Virus record (IMG/VR): IMGVR_UViG_3300035193_000016 | Direction: 5' to 3' (one strand) | DNA length: 38,378 nucleotides | Source: a virus | Shown: positions 1 to 7,759 of the stretch, in pieces | Numbering within the stretch: position 1 is the stretch's first letter | Layout of the letters: every line of letters begins with the position of its first letter | Made by a program: the position numbers and the translations under genes | The notes under the pieces: model-generated | Seen by the model: only the letters and a program-made list of their open reading frames with translations | Databases searched by the model: none | What the model was told of the DNA's origin: nothing

Positions 1-127
1 CCGCAGCCAGGCCATGGAACGCGGATCGGAGGAGGAGGCAGGTGCGCGCACGCTGTACGAGTTTCGCACCGATGCGATCGTCACCGAGGTTGGTCTGGTG
101 CTGCATCCGACGCTCGACTATCTTGCC
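1..127. repeat. terminal direct repeat copy 1 (identical to 38252-38378); circularisation overlap
   Basis: The same 127 nt (ccgcagccaggccatggaacgcgg...cgctcgactatcttgcc) is read at both window ends with no mismatch seen. The exonuclease reading frame is continuous across the junction. Confidence 0.95.
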
Positions 128-448
128 GCCTCGCCTGATGGGCTTGTTGGCGACGACGGCCTTGTCGAGATCAAGAACCCGAACACGGCACAGCACGTTG
201 ACACGCTGCTCAATGGGACGATCAAGGGTGAATACCAGAAGCAGATGCAGGGGCAGCTTTTGTGCACCGAGCGCGATTGGTGCGACTTCACCTCTCACGA
301 CTCTCGCCTGCCGGCCGACGTGCGGCTGGTCGTGATCCGCGTTAACCGAGACGAGGCACTCATCAAGAAGATCGAGTATGAGGCGGCGCTGTTCTGGGAG
401 GAGCTGCTCGAGCTTGAGCGCAAGGTTAGGGAGCGAGGCGAGGCGTGA
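2..448 (+). CDS. YqaJ/lambda-Exo-like recombination exonuclease, C-terminal part (continues from 38067-38378 across the circular junction)
   Basis: ORF 14..448 is in frame with 38067.. once the repeat is merged. It carries LVEIKNP (the E-x-K of the PD-(D/E)xK nuclease motif) and lies next to an ERF annealase. Confidence 0.85.
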   Translation, partial: RSQAMERGSEEEAGARTLYEFRTDAIVTEVGLVLHPTLDYLAASPDGLVGDDGLVEIKNPNTAQHVDTLLNGTIKGEYQKQMQGQLLCTERDWCDFTSHDSRLPADVRLVVIRVNRDEALIKKIEYEAALFWEELLELERKVRERGEA

Positions 449-852
449 CGACGGTGATCCAGTGCGTACAGCGAGGTGGGCACATCGTGCCGCTTGACCA
501 GTCCAAGATCAAGCGGTGGAAGGAGAAGCACTCCGAGGGCGAGGTGTACGAGATGATCCTTTCCGACGACGAGTCGACAGGATCGACGCCGCTCGCGAAG
601 AAGTTCCACGCCATCAGGGATGAATACGCATCGGTGAACGGTTACACGAACGACGAGGCGAAGGTAGAGCTGAAGTATCTCCATGGAGTGTGGGCGTCCA
701 GTGCAGCGAGGATCCCGGTCGGCCGCGACGGTCGGGTGCTTGAGTACCACGGTCGCAAGCTATGGTTTCTCTCGATCCGTGACTACACGACCGAGGAACT
801 GCAACGACTTGTTCAGGGGTCTGAGCTGGCATTGAGTGAGGCGATGGTATGA
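445..852 (+). CDS. hypothetical protein (recombination-module neighbour)
   Basis: 135-aa ORF with a GTG start overlapping the exonuclease stop (GTGA). No family recognised. Confidence 0.55.
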   Translation: MTTVIQCVQRGGHIVPLDQSKIKRWKEKHSEGEVYEMILSDDESTGSTPLAKKFHAIRDEYASVNGYTNDEAKVELKYLHGVWASSAARIPVGRDGRVLEYHGRKLWFLSIRDYTTEELQRLVQGSELALSEAMV

Positions 853-1160
853 GCAGAGCCGAACGCCGCCAGGTCGAGATCGACTACACGAAGCTCGTCG
901 TCGCCACGCGTGACGGATGGCGTTGCGTCTACTGCGGGTGCGTCGACCAGTCACGCCTTCAGCTCGCGCACCGAATCCCTCAGGACAAGCGCTACATCAA
1001 GCGGTACGGATCGAGGGTGATCCACCATCCACTCAACATGGTGCTTGCCTGCGACAGGTGCAATCCAAAGGCCGAGGTTGATCCGAAAACCCGGCCGATC
1101 GAAGCACAGGCAATTATCGTCGAGATACTTACGGCGATCAAATCGGAGGACATACTATGA
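849..1160 (+). CDS. HNH endonuclease
   Basis: CVYCGC ... LAHRIPQ ... HHPLNMVLACDRCN gives paired Cys plus the H-N-H pattern. Start overlaps the upstream stop (ATGA). Confidence 0.8.
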   Translation: MSRAERRQVEIDYTKLVVATRDGWRCVYCGCVDQSRLQLAHRIPQDKRYIKRYGSRVIHHPLNMVLACDRCNPKAEVDPKTRPIEAQAIIVEILTAIKSEDIL

Positions 1161-1495
1161 ACGATCTCAATTCAGTCATCATCGAGGGGAACCTTATCTG
1201 CGATCCGATCATGGCGACGACATCGAAAGGGATGGATGTATGCACGTTCTCGATCGCCTCGAAACGCTACTACCTAGTGGAGGGGAAGTTCCAGGAAGAG
1301 GTTTCGTTTTTTAACGTCGAGACGTCTGGCAGAATTACCCAATGGTGCAGCGAGGAGCTGGAGAATGGGCGAGTTGTCCGCGTTGTCGGACGCATCAAAC
1401 AGGATCGGTGGGAGGACAAGGACGGAAGCCCGAGGGTGAGTGTAAAGATCGTCGCGGAGCAAATCGATTTCAGAAGGCGAAGGGGGATCACTTGA
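1157..1495 (+). CDS. ssb: single-stranded DNA-binding protein (short OB-fold SSB)
   Basis: MNDLNSVIIEGNLICDP ... FFNVETSG ... VRVVGRIKQDRWEDKDGSPRVSVKIVAEQIDF matches the bacterial/phage SSB OB-fold pattern. Confidence 0.8.
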   Translation: MNDLNSVIIEGNLICDPIMATTSKGMDVCTFSIASKRYYLVEGKFQEEVSFFNVETSGRITQWCSEELENGRVVRVVGRIKQDRWEDKDGSPRVSVKIVAEQIDFRRRRGIT

Positions 1496-1896
1496 AAACC
1501 ATCCGCTGGATTCTGTGGACGGTCATCGTCGTATTCGTCACCGCCCTTGTGATGACCGCAGCCGCAGCCCCCGGCTTTCTCGCGGCGATCCGATTCAACT
1601 GGCCCGGTCTGGTTTTCACAGTTACCCAGGCTTGCGTGGTTTCGGCTGCGATCTGGCTATCATCGACCGTGACGCGGCGCGTGCTGACTCGGCGTTATGC
1701 CGTGCAGGATCGCGCTGAGCTGGCGGGGACCATTCGCGAGAAGCAAGCGACGATCAACCGGCAGCTCGAAACGATCCACGAGAGAGATTCTGAAATTGGT
1801 GTTCTGAGATCGGTCATTGAGACTCATCGGAATCTCGCTTACGAGATTATCCAGGACAGTGCCGTGGTGACCGGAGTCGAGAGGAGGGAGTTGTGA
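1492..1896 (+). CDS. membrane protein with C-terminal coiled coil (hypothetical)
   Basis: In-frame TTG at 1492 overlaps the SSB stop, with AAGGGGGA upstream. There are two hydrophobic stretches (WILWTVIVVFVTALVMTAAAAPGFLAAI; LVFTVTQACVVSAAIWL). The longer track ORF 1342.. overlaps SSB. Confidence 0.5.
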   Translation: MKTIRWILWTVIVVFVTALVMTAAAAPGFLAAIRFNWPGLVFTVTQACVVSAAIWLSSTVTRRVLTRRYAVQDRAELAGTIREKQATINRQLETIHERDSEIGVLRSVIETHRNLAYEIIQDSAVVTGVERREL

Positions 1897-2402
1897 AAGT
1901 ATGCTACGTAGGCATCGACAACGGCGTGACTGGGAGCATTGGAGTTATTGATGACAATAGGACGTCGCGATTGTACGCAGTCCCGACGAAGCGAGAACAA
2001 AGCTACCAAAAGAAAAAGTCGTCGATCACTCGGGTGCATTTCCTCGAACTCGAGAGCCTGTTCGACCTGATCAATAAGCTGCACTTTGCGGAAGACATCC
2101 ATGTCTTCATCGAGCGCCCCTTCTACAACCCGAATGGGCTCAAGGCAACAGTGTCGGCTATGCGGTGCCTTGAGGCGGTACTGATTGCGGTCGAGATGAG
2201 AAACTGGCGCTATGAGTACGTCGACTCACGACAGTGGCAGCGGGAGCTTCTTCCCGCCGGGATCAAGGGGACGACAGACCTCAAGAGCGCGTCGCTCGAT
2301 ATCGGTACGCGCCTGTTTCCGCACCTCGCGGAGGGAATCAGGAAGCAGAAGGACGCAGACGGCCTACTCATTGCTGAGTGGGCGAGACGAAACAATAGGT
2401 AG
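1893..2402 (+). CDS. RuvC-like Holliday junction resolvase
   Basis: VGIDNG (Asp), FIERP (Glu) and C-terminal DADGLLIAEWARR (Asp) fit the RNase H-fold RuvC catalytic pattern. GTG start overlaps the upstream stop. Confidence 0.65.
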   Translation: MKVCYVGIDNGVTGSIGVIDDNRTSRLYAVPTKREQSYQKKKSSITRVHFLELESLFDLINKLHFAEDIHVFIERPFYNPNGLKATVSAMRCLEAVLIAVEMRNWRYEYVDSRQWQRELLPAGIKGTTDLKSASLDIGTRLFPHLAEGIRKQKDADGLLIAEWARRNNR

Positions 2403-2766
2403 CCAAACCGAGTCTACTGCGTTGCGGTGAATTTCGGATGGAAATGGCCAATGGACTATAGCCGATGGTAAAGAGGTTTTCCGAAGCATAGTCAGGAGGT
2501 TGCGGGGCCGCGACTATAACGCGGGGCAGAGTATCGGAATTTCCTGCCATTCCGAACACCGCCGACTAAACTATTATTTGGCCTGACAGGATCACGTGCG
2601 GTGCCCCATGACCAAGGCTAAGCACGGCGGCCCTATTGATCCGGTCTGGAGCCGTGGAAAACACGGGTGGCATGTGGAGCAGAAAGGCGAAGGGGAAGCT
2701 CAGTGATTGTGGGCACTCAATCTATTGCGACCCCAGGAGGTGGAATAACTCATGCCCGGCCACCAT

Positions 2767-2791
2767 GCAGGTTCGAATCCTGCCGCATGTC
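2767..2791 (+). ncRNA. orphan tRNA-like T-arm plus 3' acceptor strand (no canonical 5' half nearby)
   Basis: gcagg-ttcgaat-cctgc is a perfect 5-bp T-stem with a TTCGAAT loop, followed by cgcatgt. A complementary 7-mer acgtgcg lies at 2594-2600 and would give a G3:U70 pair. Confidence 0.4.
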
Positions 2792-2809
2792 AGTGTGGGG
2801 TGCGCACTC

Positions 2810-2881
2810 TCGCGAGTAGCTCAGTGGTAGAGCACTGGCACGTTAGCCAGGAGGTCGCCGGTTCAATCCCGGCCTCGCGAA
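2810..2881 (+). tRNA. tRNA-like gene, Asn(GUU)-like, with a non-canonical anticodon loop
   Basis: Acceptor tcgcgag/ctcgcga has 7 bp with U1:A72. D-arm is gctc-agtggta-gagc and T-arm is gccgg-ttcaatc-ccggc. The anticodon stem ctggc/gccag encloses only 6 nt (acgtta), and no U occupies the position expected for U33. Confidence 0.6.
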
Positions 2882-2897
2882 TTGGAGGGAACGACAT

Positions 2898-3740
2898 ATG
2901 ACCGACCACCCAATCCTCTACCAGCCCGATATGATACGGGCGAAGCTGGACGGACTCACTGACGGCGGACTTGGACGCAAGTGGCAGACGCTGAGGCTCG
3001 TGAAGCCGCAGCCGGATTGGATCGAAAACAGTGGTCGTTGGCATTGGCCGATCCCCAAGTCAAAGATACATCCAGGGGGTTGTACCGCAGTTGTCTCAGC
3101 ATCTCGTGAATGGTGGGAGTATCTATTACCAGACCAGATGCTGTATCAGCCCGGCGACCTGCTGTGGGTACGGGAGACATTTGCCGATCTTCGTGGGATG
3201 GGATTCGACACTGAGTTCGCATACCGAGCTGACGCGATTCATGCCGATGGTCACGAGGATGCAGATTCCAAGCGATGCCGACTCGATTTCGATGTGAACT
3301 GGAAACCGTCCATCCACATGCCGCGTTGGGCATCCCGCCTCACCGACCAGATCGGAGAGGTGCGCGTTGTGCGCGTGCAGGATATCACGCCGGAAGATGC
3401 GATAGCGGAAGGCCTGAGCGTGCGGCATCATGATCGCTTTGACGTCGATATCTACGGACTTGAGAGCTGGGCCGATGGATGGCGACAAAGCCCGATCGAT
3501 GCCTTTCATCGTCTGTGGGACTCCATTCACTCCAACCCGAAACGCTCGAAGCGAAACCCGTACACGCACGCTCCCGAGGACTGCTATGTCTCGTACCCGT
3601 GGGACGATATACAGGAAACTCAGCGATACGGCGATCTCCCATGGTACGTAGTCGGCAACCCGTTTGTGTGGGTGATCGTAAGTGCTCGCTCATGGGCCCG
3701 CAACGTCGACGAGGTGATCAAGATGCTGGAGTCGAAATGA
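2898..3740 (+). CDS. ASCH/PUA-like domain protein (conserved phage protein often next to DNA methyltransferases)
   Basis: N-terminal HPILYQPDMIRAKLDG...TLRLVKPQP, PGDLLWVRETF and WKPSIHMPRWASRL fit my memory of the ASCH-like phage family. RBS GGAGGGA lies upstream. Confidence 0.45.
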   Translation: MTDHPILYQPDMIRAKLDGLTDGGLGRKWQTLRLVKPQPDWIENSGRWHWPIPKSKIHPGGCTAVVSASREWWEYLLPDQMLYQPGDLLWVRETFADLRGMGFDTEFAYRADAIHADGHEDADSKRCRLDFDVNWKPSIHMPRWASRLTDQIGEVRVVRVQDITPEDAIAEGLSVRHHDRFDVDIYGLESWADGWRQSPIDAFHRLWDSIHSNPKRSKRNPYTHAPEDCYVSYPWDDIQETQRYGDLPWYVVGNPFVWVIVSARSWARNVDEVIKMLESK

Positions 3741-3793
3741 CTGAATCTGAATATGAAGCGCTACCCGAGTGGCAGGGGCCGTGAGGAGGACCA

Positions 3794-4114
3794 ATGAAGC
3801 AGATCGAGGAGCTACAGGAGCGATTGGAAGTCATACGGTCGGAGGCCGGATGTATCTCCGAGGTCAACAACAACGCACGCATGAGAGAAATGTTGCGAGG
3901 ATGGCACGATACCATCGCCGCATGCCGTGAGCGAGACGAGGAGATAGCACGGCTGCAGGAGGCGCTAAGTGAGTGCATGATCGAGATAGACAACACTATC
4001 GACGAGCAGTATCCCGCAGATGCCCATCTACTGTGGGCCGGAAAAAATGCCAATCTCAAGGCGCTGAATCCAGCTCGTATAGCCCTTACCGACACCGCAC
4101 ACGACGAGGTGTAG
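3794..4114 (+). CDS. hypothetical coiled-coil protein
   Basis: 106-aa ORF with GAGGAGG upstream of the ATG. Heptad-like charged sequence. Confidence 0.6.
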   Translation: MKQIEELQERLEVIRSEAGCISEVNNNARMREMLRGWHDTIAACRERDEEIARLQEALSECMIEIDNTIDEQYPADAHLLWAGKNANLKALNPARIALTDTAHDEV

Positions 4115-4212
4115 CCATGCGAAGGCACGATGGTTGACACCATGTACGCTTTGGTGCACACTGTAATTGCTCGATGCAACCGGGCCATAGACCAGAGAAA
4201 ACCGTTGGGTTT

Positions 4213-4297
4213 AGCCCAGCGGCTTCACGAGAGGATTCGGGGCGTTTACTCTGGGCGCACCGACTCCGTTGCAACTCGTGGGGCTGCTGGGCTTTTT
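4213..4297 (+). terminator. long imperfect hairpin followed by a T5 tract (intrinsic terminator/attenuator candidate)
   Basis: 4213-4231 pairs with 4275-4293 (19 bp including 3 G:U). An inner helix pairs 4233-4240 with 4260-4267. ttttt follows at 4293-4297, a few nt before the methyltransferase SD. Confidence 0.45.
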
Positions 4298-4313
4298 CGT
4301 GGGAGGAGGCCGA

Positions 4314-5366
4314 TTGAAAGTTGAGCACATTGGAGACGCAATACTGTACCTCGGAGACGTTCGGGAGGCTCTCGCATCAATGCCTGGTGAATCCGTTCAG
4401 TGCGTCGTGACAAGCCCGCCATACTGGGGTCTGCGAGACTACAGCGTCGATGGTCAGATCGGACTCGAGTCGACTCCCAATGAATACGTAGAAACGATGG
4501 TTGACGTGTTCCGCGAGGTCCGCCGAGTGCTACGGGATGACGGGACGGTGTGGTTGAATCTTGGCGACTCCTACGCAGGTGGTGGACGAGCAGGCAACAA
4601 TCCGGAGTACATGGGGAAACATAAAATGTTCGGCAAGGACGGGTGGGACGCTGGGATATTTGGACGCCCACAACCTATACCTTACGGCCTCAAACCAAAA
4701 GACCTAATCGGCATCCCGTGGCGCGTAGCATTCGCACTCCAGGCCGACGGGTGGTATCTCCGGCAGGACATCATTTGGCACAAACCAAACCCCATGCCGG
4801 AGAGCGTGCGCGATCGCTGCACGAAGTCGCACGAGTACGTTTTTTTGCTCTCGAAATCGGCACGGTACTACTACGATATCGATGCGCTCAGGGAACCCGT
4901 TATTCCAGATCCGCGCGATGCGTGCTGGGGGACAACTGCAGTCACAAGTAGGCACGGCCATGAGCATGATGCCGAACGAGGGATGATGCAGGGCCGCACA
5001 CAAGCGGAAGGGTTTGTGCGTATGTCAAATCCGCTTGGCAAGAACAAGCGCTCCGTATGGACAGTATCTACCGCCCCCTATTCCGCTGCCCATTTTGCAA
5101 CCTATCCACCCGCACTCATCGAGCCGTGTATACTGGCAGGCAGTCGCCCTGGTGACACGGTGCTCGACCCATTTGGAGGCTCTGGAACCACGGCCGCGGT
5201 CGCGCTCGAACATGGGCGCAAGGCGATATTGATTGAGCTATCCGAGAAGTACGCGGCACTGGTCCCGGATCGTATCCGTAGCATTACCGACGCGATCGAC
5301 CAGATGCGTTTGTTTGACGATCCAAAGCCTGAGCCTATCCAACTCGATTTTGCCGAGGAGGCATAA
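4314..5366 (+). CDS. beta-class DNA methyltransferase (N4-cytosine or N6-adenine), orphan
   Basis: Motif IV TSPPYW precedes motif I DPFGGSGTTA, which is the beta-class order. TTG start at 4314 follows GGAGGAGG (4303-4310). No adjacent restriction enzyme is recognisable. Confidence 0.9.
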   Translation: MKVEHIGDAILYLGDVREALASMPGESVQCVVTSPPYWGLRDYSVDGQIGLESTPNEYVETMVDVFREVRRVLRDDGTVWLNLGDSYAGGGRAGNNPEYMGKHKMFGKDGWDAGIFGRPQPIPYGLKPKDLIGIPWRVAFALQADGWYLRQDIIWHKPNPMPESVRDRCTKSHEYVFLLSKSARYYYDIDALREPVIPDPRDACWGTTAVTSRHGHEHDAERGMMQGRTQAEGFVRMSNPLGKNKRSVWTVSTAPYSAAHFATYPPALIEPCILAGSRPGDTVLDPFGGSGTTAAVALEHGRKAILIELSEKYAALVPDRIRSITDAIDQMRLFDDPKPEPIQLDFAEEA

Positions 5367-5372
5367 GACAGC

Positions 5373-6314
5373 ATGGCACGACGACGAATGATTGACCCGA
5401 GTATCTGGGAAAGCCCAGAGGTGACGCAACTGACTGCCCGTGAGTTCCGCCTCTACGTGTTCACAATCTCCCAGGCAGATGACGACGGCAGGTTACGGTT
5501 CATCCCAAAAAAGTGGGCCGCATCACTCGCTCCGGAGAGCGATGACTACAACACGTCCGCGTGCGAACAGGACGCTGATCGACTTGTGCTAATCGGATTG
5601 TTGCACGCCTACGAGGTCGACGGCAGCATCTATCTTCACCATCCCAACTGGACGACCTATCAGACGATCAACAAGCCAACACCGAGTAAGCTCCCCGAAC
5701 CAACTACCGGAGTACCCGTAGAACAGCTACGTGAATCACTACAGGAGTCACTACAGGAGTCACTACCTGAACGACTACCAGAGTCAGTAACGGAGTCACT
5801 ACCGCCTAAGATAAGAGAAGGGAAGAGAAGAAAAGGAAGAGGGGCGGATCTGGAACGATTCGCGGTTGGTTACGACGTCGCCGATGACGAATCCTCGCAA
5901 CCTGAGGAGGTTCCGCCTGACGGCGGGGAGGCTCACGCCTCCCTCTCGCCTCTGAAGGACCCTCTTGCCAACCACTACCAGAACCGGTTCATTGAGGTCC
6001 AGCCGGTTAGCTCGTGGGGTAACGTAGCGAAAGAGCGTGGTCTGCTCTCGGTTCTGGCCAAGAAGACAAGGGAACTACGCAGAGATGCACCAGTAATCTT
6101 CAGTGACGACGTAGAACTTGCAAATGTGATCCTATCGCAGTTCATGGCCCTGCGGCGTAGCGAGAAATCCGAATTCTGGCGCAACGCACCATTCAGTCCG
6201 AGCGGTCTCGCCACGCGGTGGGACCAAGTCATCACGGCGTTGCAGCGCAGCTATGAGCGCGAGGAACGGGATCGCGAAGGCGAGGAGGCACTATCGTGGC
6301 TCACGAGCGGGTAA
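5373..6314 (+). CDS. replisome organiser / replication initiation protein (DnaD-like N-terminal domain)
   Basis: The N-terminus MARRRMIDPSIWESPEVTQLTAREFRLYVFTISQADDDGRL matches the phage replisome-organiser pattern. The gene contains an internal repeat array followed by a polypurine tract. Confidence 0.55.
   Translation: MARRRMIDPSIWESPEVTQLTAREFRLYVFTISQADDDGRLRFIPKKWAASLAPESDDYNTSACEQDADRLVLIGLLHAYEVDGSIYLHHPNWTTYQTINKPTPSKLPEPTTGVPVEQLRESLQESLQESLPERLPESVTESLPPKIREGKRRKGRGADLERFAVGYDVADDESSQPEEVPPDGGEAHASLSPLKDPLANHYQNRFIEVQPVSSWGNVAKERGLLSVLAKKTRELRRDAPVIFSDDVELANVILSQFMALRRSEKSEFWRNAPFSPSGLATRWDQVITALQRSYEREERDREGEEALSWLTSG
5697..5804. repeat. about 9 x 12-bp tandem repeat (consensus GAGTCACTACnG); candidate origin iterons
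   Basis: Units gaatcactacag/gagtcactacag/gagtcactacct/gaacgactacca/gagtcagtaacg/gagtcactaccg run from 5733 to 5804, with more degenerate units from 5697. They encode (E-S-L-Q)n. Confidence 0.7.
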
Positions 6315-6682
6315 TGCTGCCAATCCACGGGCTGCTCAATGGGTTCCAGACCCACTACTCGACCCATCAACTCAAGCTCGACTATACGCAGGCGCAGCGC
6401 AACGAGCTAGTGCGTAGGTTCCAGTGGATTTCGAGCGCATACGCCCGGGTGCTGTACGAGGCTGTCGTCACGGTTCACCCGATGAGCCTCCGGAGTCTCC
6501 CGGACATCGCGGTTATTTCGGAGGCGATGAAGGGCCTTGACCGACCCGAGGTGTATGAGCCGCCGACAAACGCGATGCAGATCACCGACGAGGCAGGATG
6601 GACCGACGAGGAGCGCGAGAAGGCGATCGAGAAGTTCCGGACGATCTCGGGTCGGGTCGCGGCGAAGAGGAGGTTTGTATGA
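6314..6682 (+). CDS. hypothetical protein
   Basis: ATG at 6314 overlaps the upstream TAA (TAATG). 122 aa, no family recognised. Confidence 0.55.
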   Translation: MLPIHGLLNGFQTHYSTHQLKLDYTQAQRNELVRRFQWISSAYARVLYEAVVTVHPMSLRSLPDIAVISEAMKGLDRPEVYEPPTNAMQITDEAGWTDEEREKAIEKFRTISGRVAAKRRFV

Positions 6683-6897
6683 GTAAGCGGCCGGTATCAA
6701 TCAAGCTTGTCAAGGAGACCAGACGTGTCCACGAATGCTTACACTGTGGATTCAAAGGCTACTGGGGTCCAAGCTGGTCGTGGACATTGAATGTCATTGG
6801 ACATGGGTACGAAGGGTACGAACGAACGATCAAAGCGTGCAGCGACGAGTGCGCACGAGCACTTGGGATGCAAGACGGGGTAGACCACCATGAGTGA
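6679..6897 (+). CDS. small Cys-rich (zinc-ribbon-like) protein
   Basis: ATG at 6679 follows GAGGAGG. Contains CLHC ... CSDEC. Confidence 0.55.
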   Translation: MSKRPVSIKLVKETRRVHECLHCGFKGYWGPSWSWTLNVIGHGYEGYERTIKACSDECARALGMQDGVDHHE

Positions 6898-7378
6898 TGA
6901 GCAAGGATTCGAGCGTGTTATCAAAAGGCTTGAAGATCAGGTCGCCGAACAGGCACAGGAGATCAAGCGGCTGCGCGAACTGCTACATGATCAAGCATCG
7001 CAGACTGCGTTTTCGGCGAAGGAATACACAGGCAATATGGATGCACTCCGCGCCAAGCTGCGAACGGTGACGGATATCGCGGAACGGCAAAGTGCAATGC
7101 TAGGCGCGTGGATGGCGAATATTCCTGATGCTGATGCTGCGATGAAGGCCGATACAAAGGTGCTGCAAATCGAGTTCTCGAGACTTGTCGACAAGATCGA
7201 ACCATTCACGCACGACGAGGCTCCGGAGTTGCTTGAGGAGGCAAAATGGATTGCGGATCAGACAAAGAACACTGATTTCGTTGACATCACACACCGTGCA
7301 CGATCACTCGCAGAATGGTGTACCAGACGAGACCGCTGGATCAACCGCTACCAGCAGTACAAGGAGAGTAAAGCATGA
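6890..7378 (+). CDS. hypothetical coiled-coil protein
   Basis: 162-aa ORF overlapping both neighbours by a few nt. Confidence 0.6.
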   Translation: MSDEQGFERVIKRLEDQVAEQAQEIKRLRELLHDQASQTAFSAKEYTGNMDALRAKLRTVTDIAERQSAMLGAWMANIPDADAAMKADTKVLQIEFSRLVDKIEPFTHDEAPELLEEAKWIADQTKNTDFVDITHRARSLAEWCTRRDRWINRYQQYKESKA

Positions 7379-7575
7379 ATATCTCAAGACGTCAGGCAGA
7401 GTGCAGAGCAAAGCAGGTTGAGTCGCTCGGGCTACAGGTCGAAGTTCTCGCGTTCCGAATCGAGCTTCAGGACATCGACGCCGTAGAAGCCGGGCTCGAG
7501 CTATCCAAGATTGCCGGCAGTCTCTCCGATCTGTCGGCGATGATAAATCCAGACGGCGGAGCGCCGATCGAATAG
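7375..7575 (+). CDS. hypothetical protein
   Basis: 66-aa ORF with an ATGA overlap to the upstream gene. Confidence 0.5.
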   Translation: MNISRRQAECRAKQVESLGLQVEVLAFRIELQDIDAVEAGLELSKIAGSLSDLSAMINPDGGAPIE

Positions 7576-7665
7576 CCACCACGGTGCCAACGATGGTTTC
7601 ACGTGAAATACTTATCGCGTGTGTAGTAGTTCAGTCAAAAAAACCGGAAAAACCGGCCGATAACG

Positions 7666-7694
7666 GTTGACATATAGGTATATATGACCTATAC
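7666..7694 (+). promoter_or_regulatory. sigma70-type promoter (TTGACA - 17 bp - TATACT)
   Basis: Consensus -35 at 7666-7671, an exact 17-bp spacer, and -10 TATACT at 7689-7694. It sits in a 184-bp intergenic gap. Confidence 0.7.
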
Positions 7695-7759
7695 TATAGA
7701 CAGGTTGAGAGACCGACGGAGGCTGTAGGCCACCGGAAATTGCTACGGAGGAACGAGAG

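Noticed and set aside
1-127. Interpreting the end duplication as a physical direct terminal repeat of the virion DNA.
   Set aside because: A length of exactly 127 bp fits an assembler k-mer overlap, and the repeat falls in the middle of a gene. Physical termini cannot be inferred from it.
2594-2791. Calling this a bona fide tmRNA.
   Set aside because: I could not find a plausible resume codon or tag ORF ending in an Ala-rich tail. The length of about 200 nt is short, the discriminator and following bases are not ACCA, and I cannot verify pseudoknots by eye. I kept it only as a hypothesis under findings.
2767-2791. Declaring the orphan T-arm an attP core.
   Set aside because: No integrase or excisionase gene is recognisable anywhere in the genome, so it is kept only as an alternative explanation.
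2636-2830. 64-aa plus-strand ORF in the RNA island.
   Set aside because: It runs through both tRNA-like elements, has no SD, and its sequence looks non-protein-like.
4130-4324. 64-aa ORF in the gap before the methyltransferase.
   Set aside because: It has no SD, is Arg-rich, and coincides with the long hairpin/U-tract structure that explains the region better.
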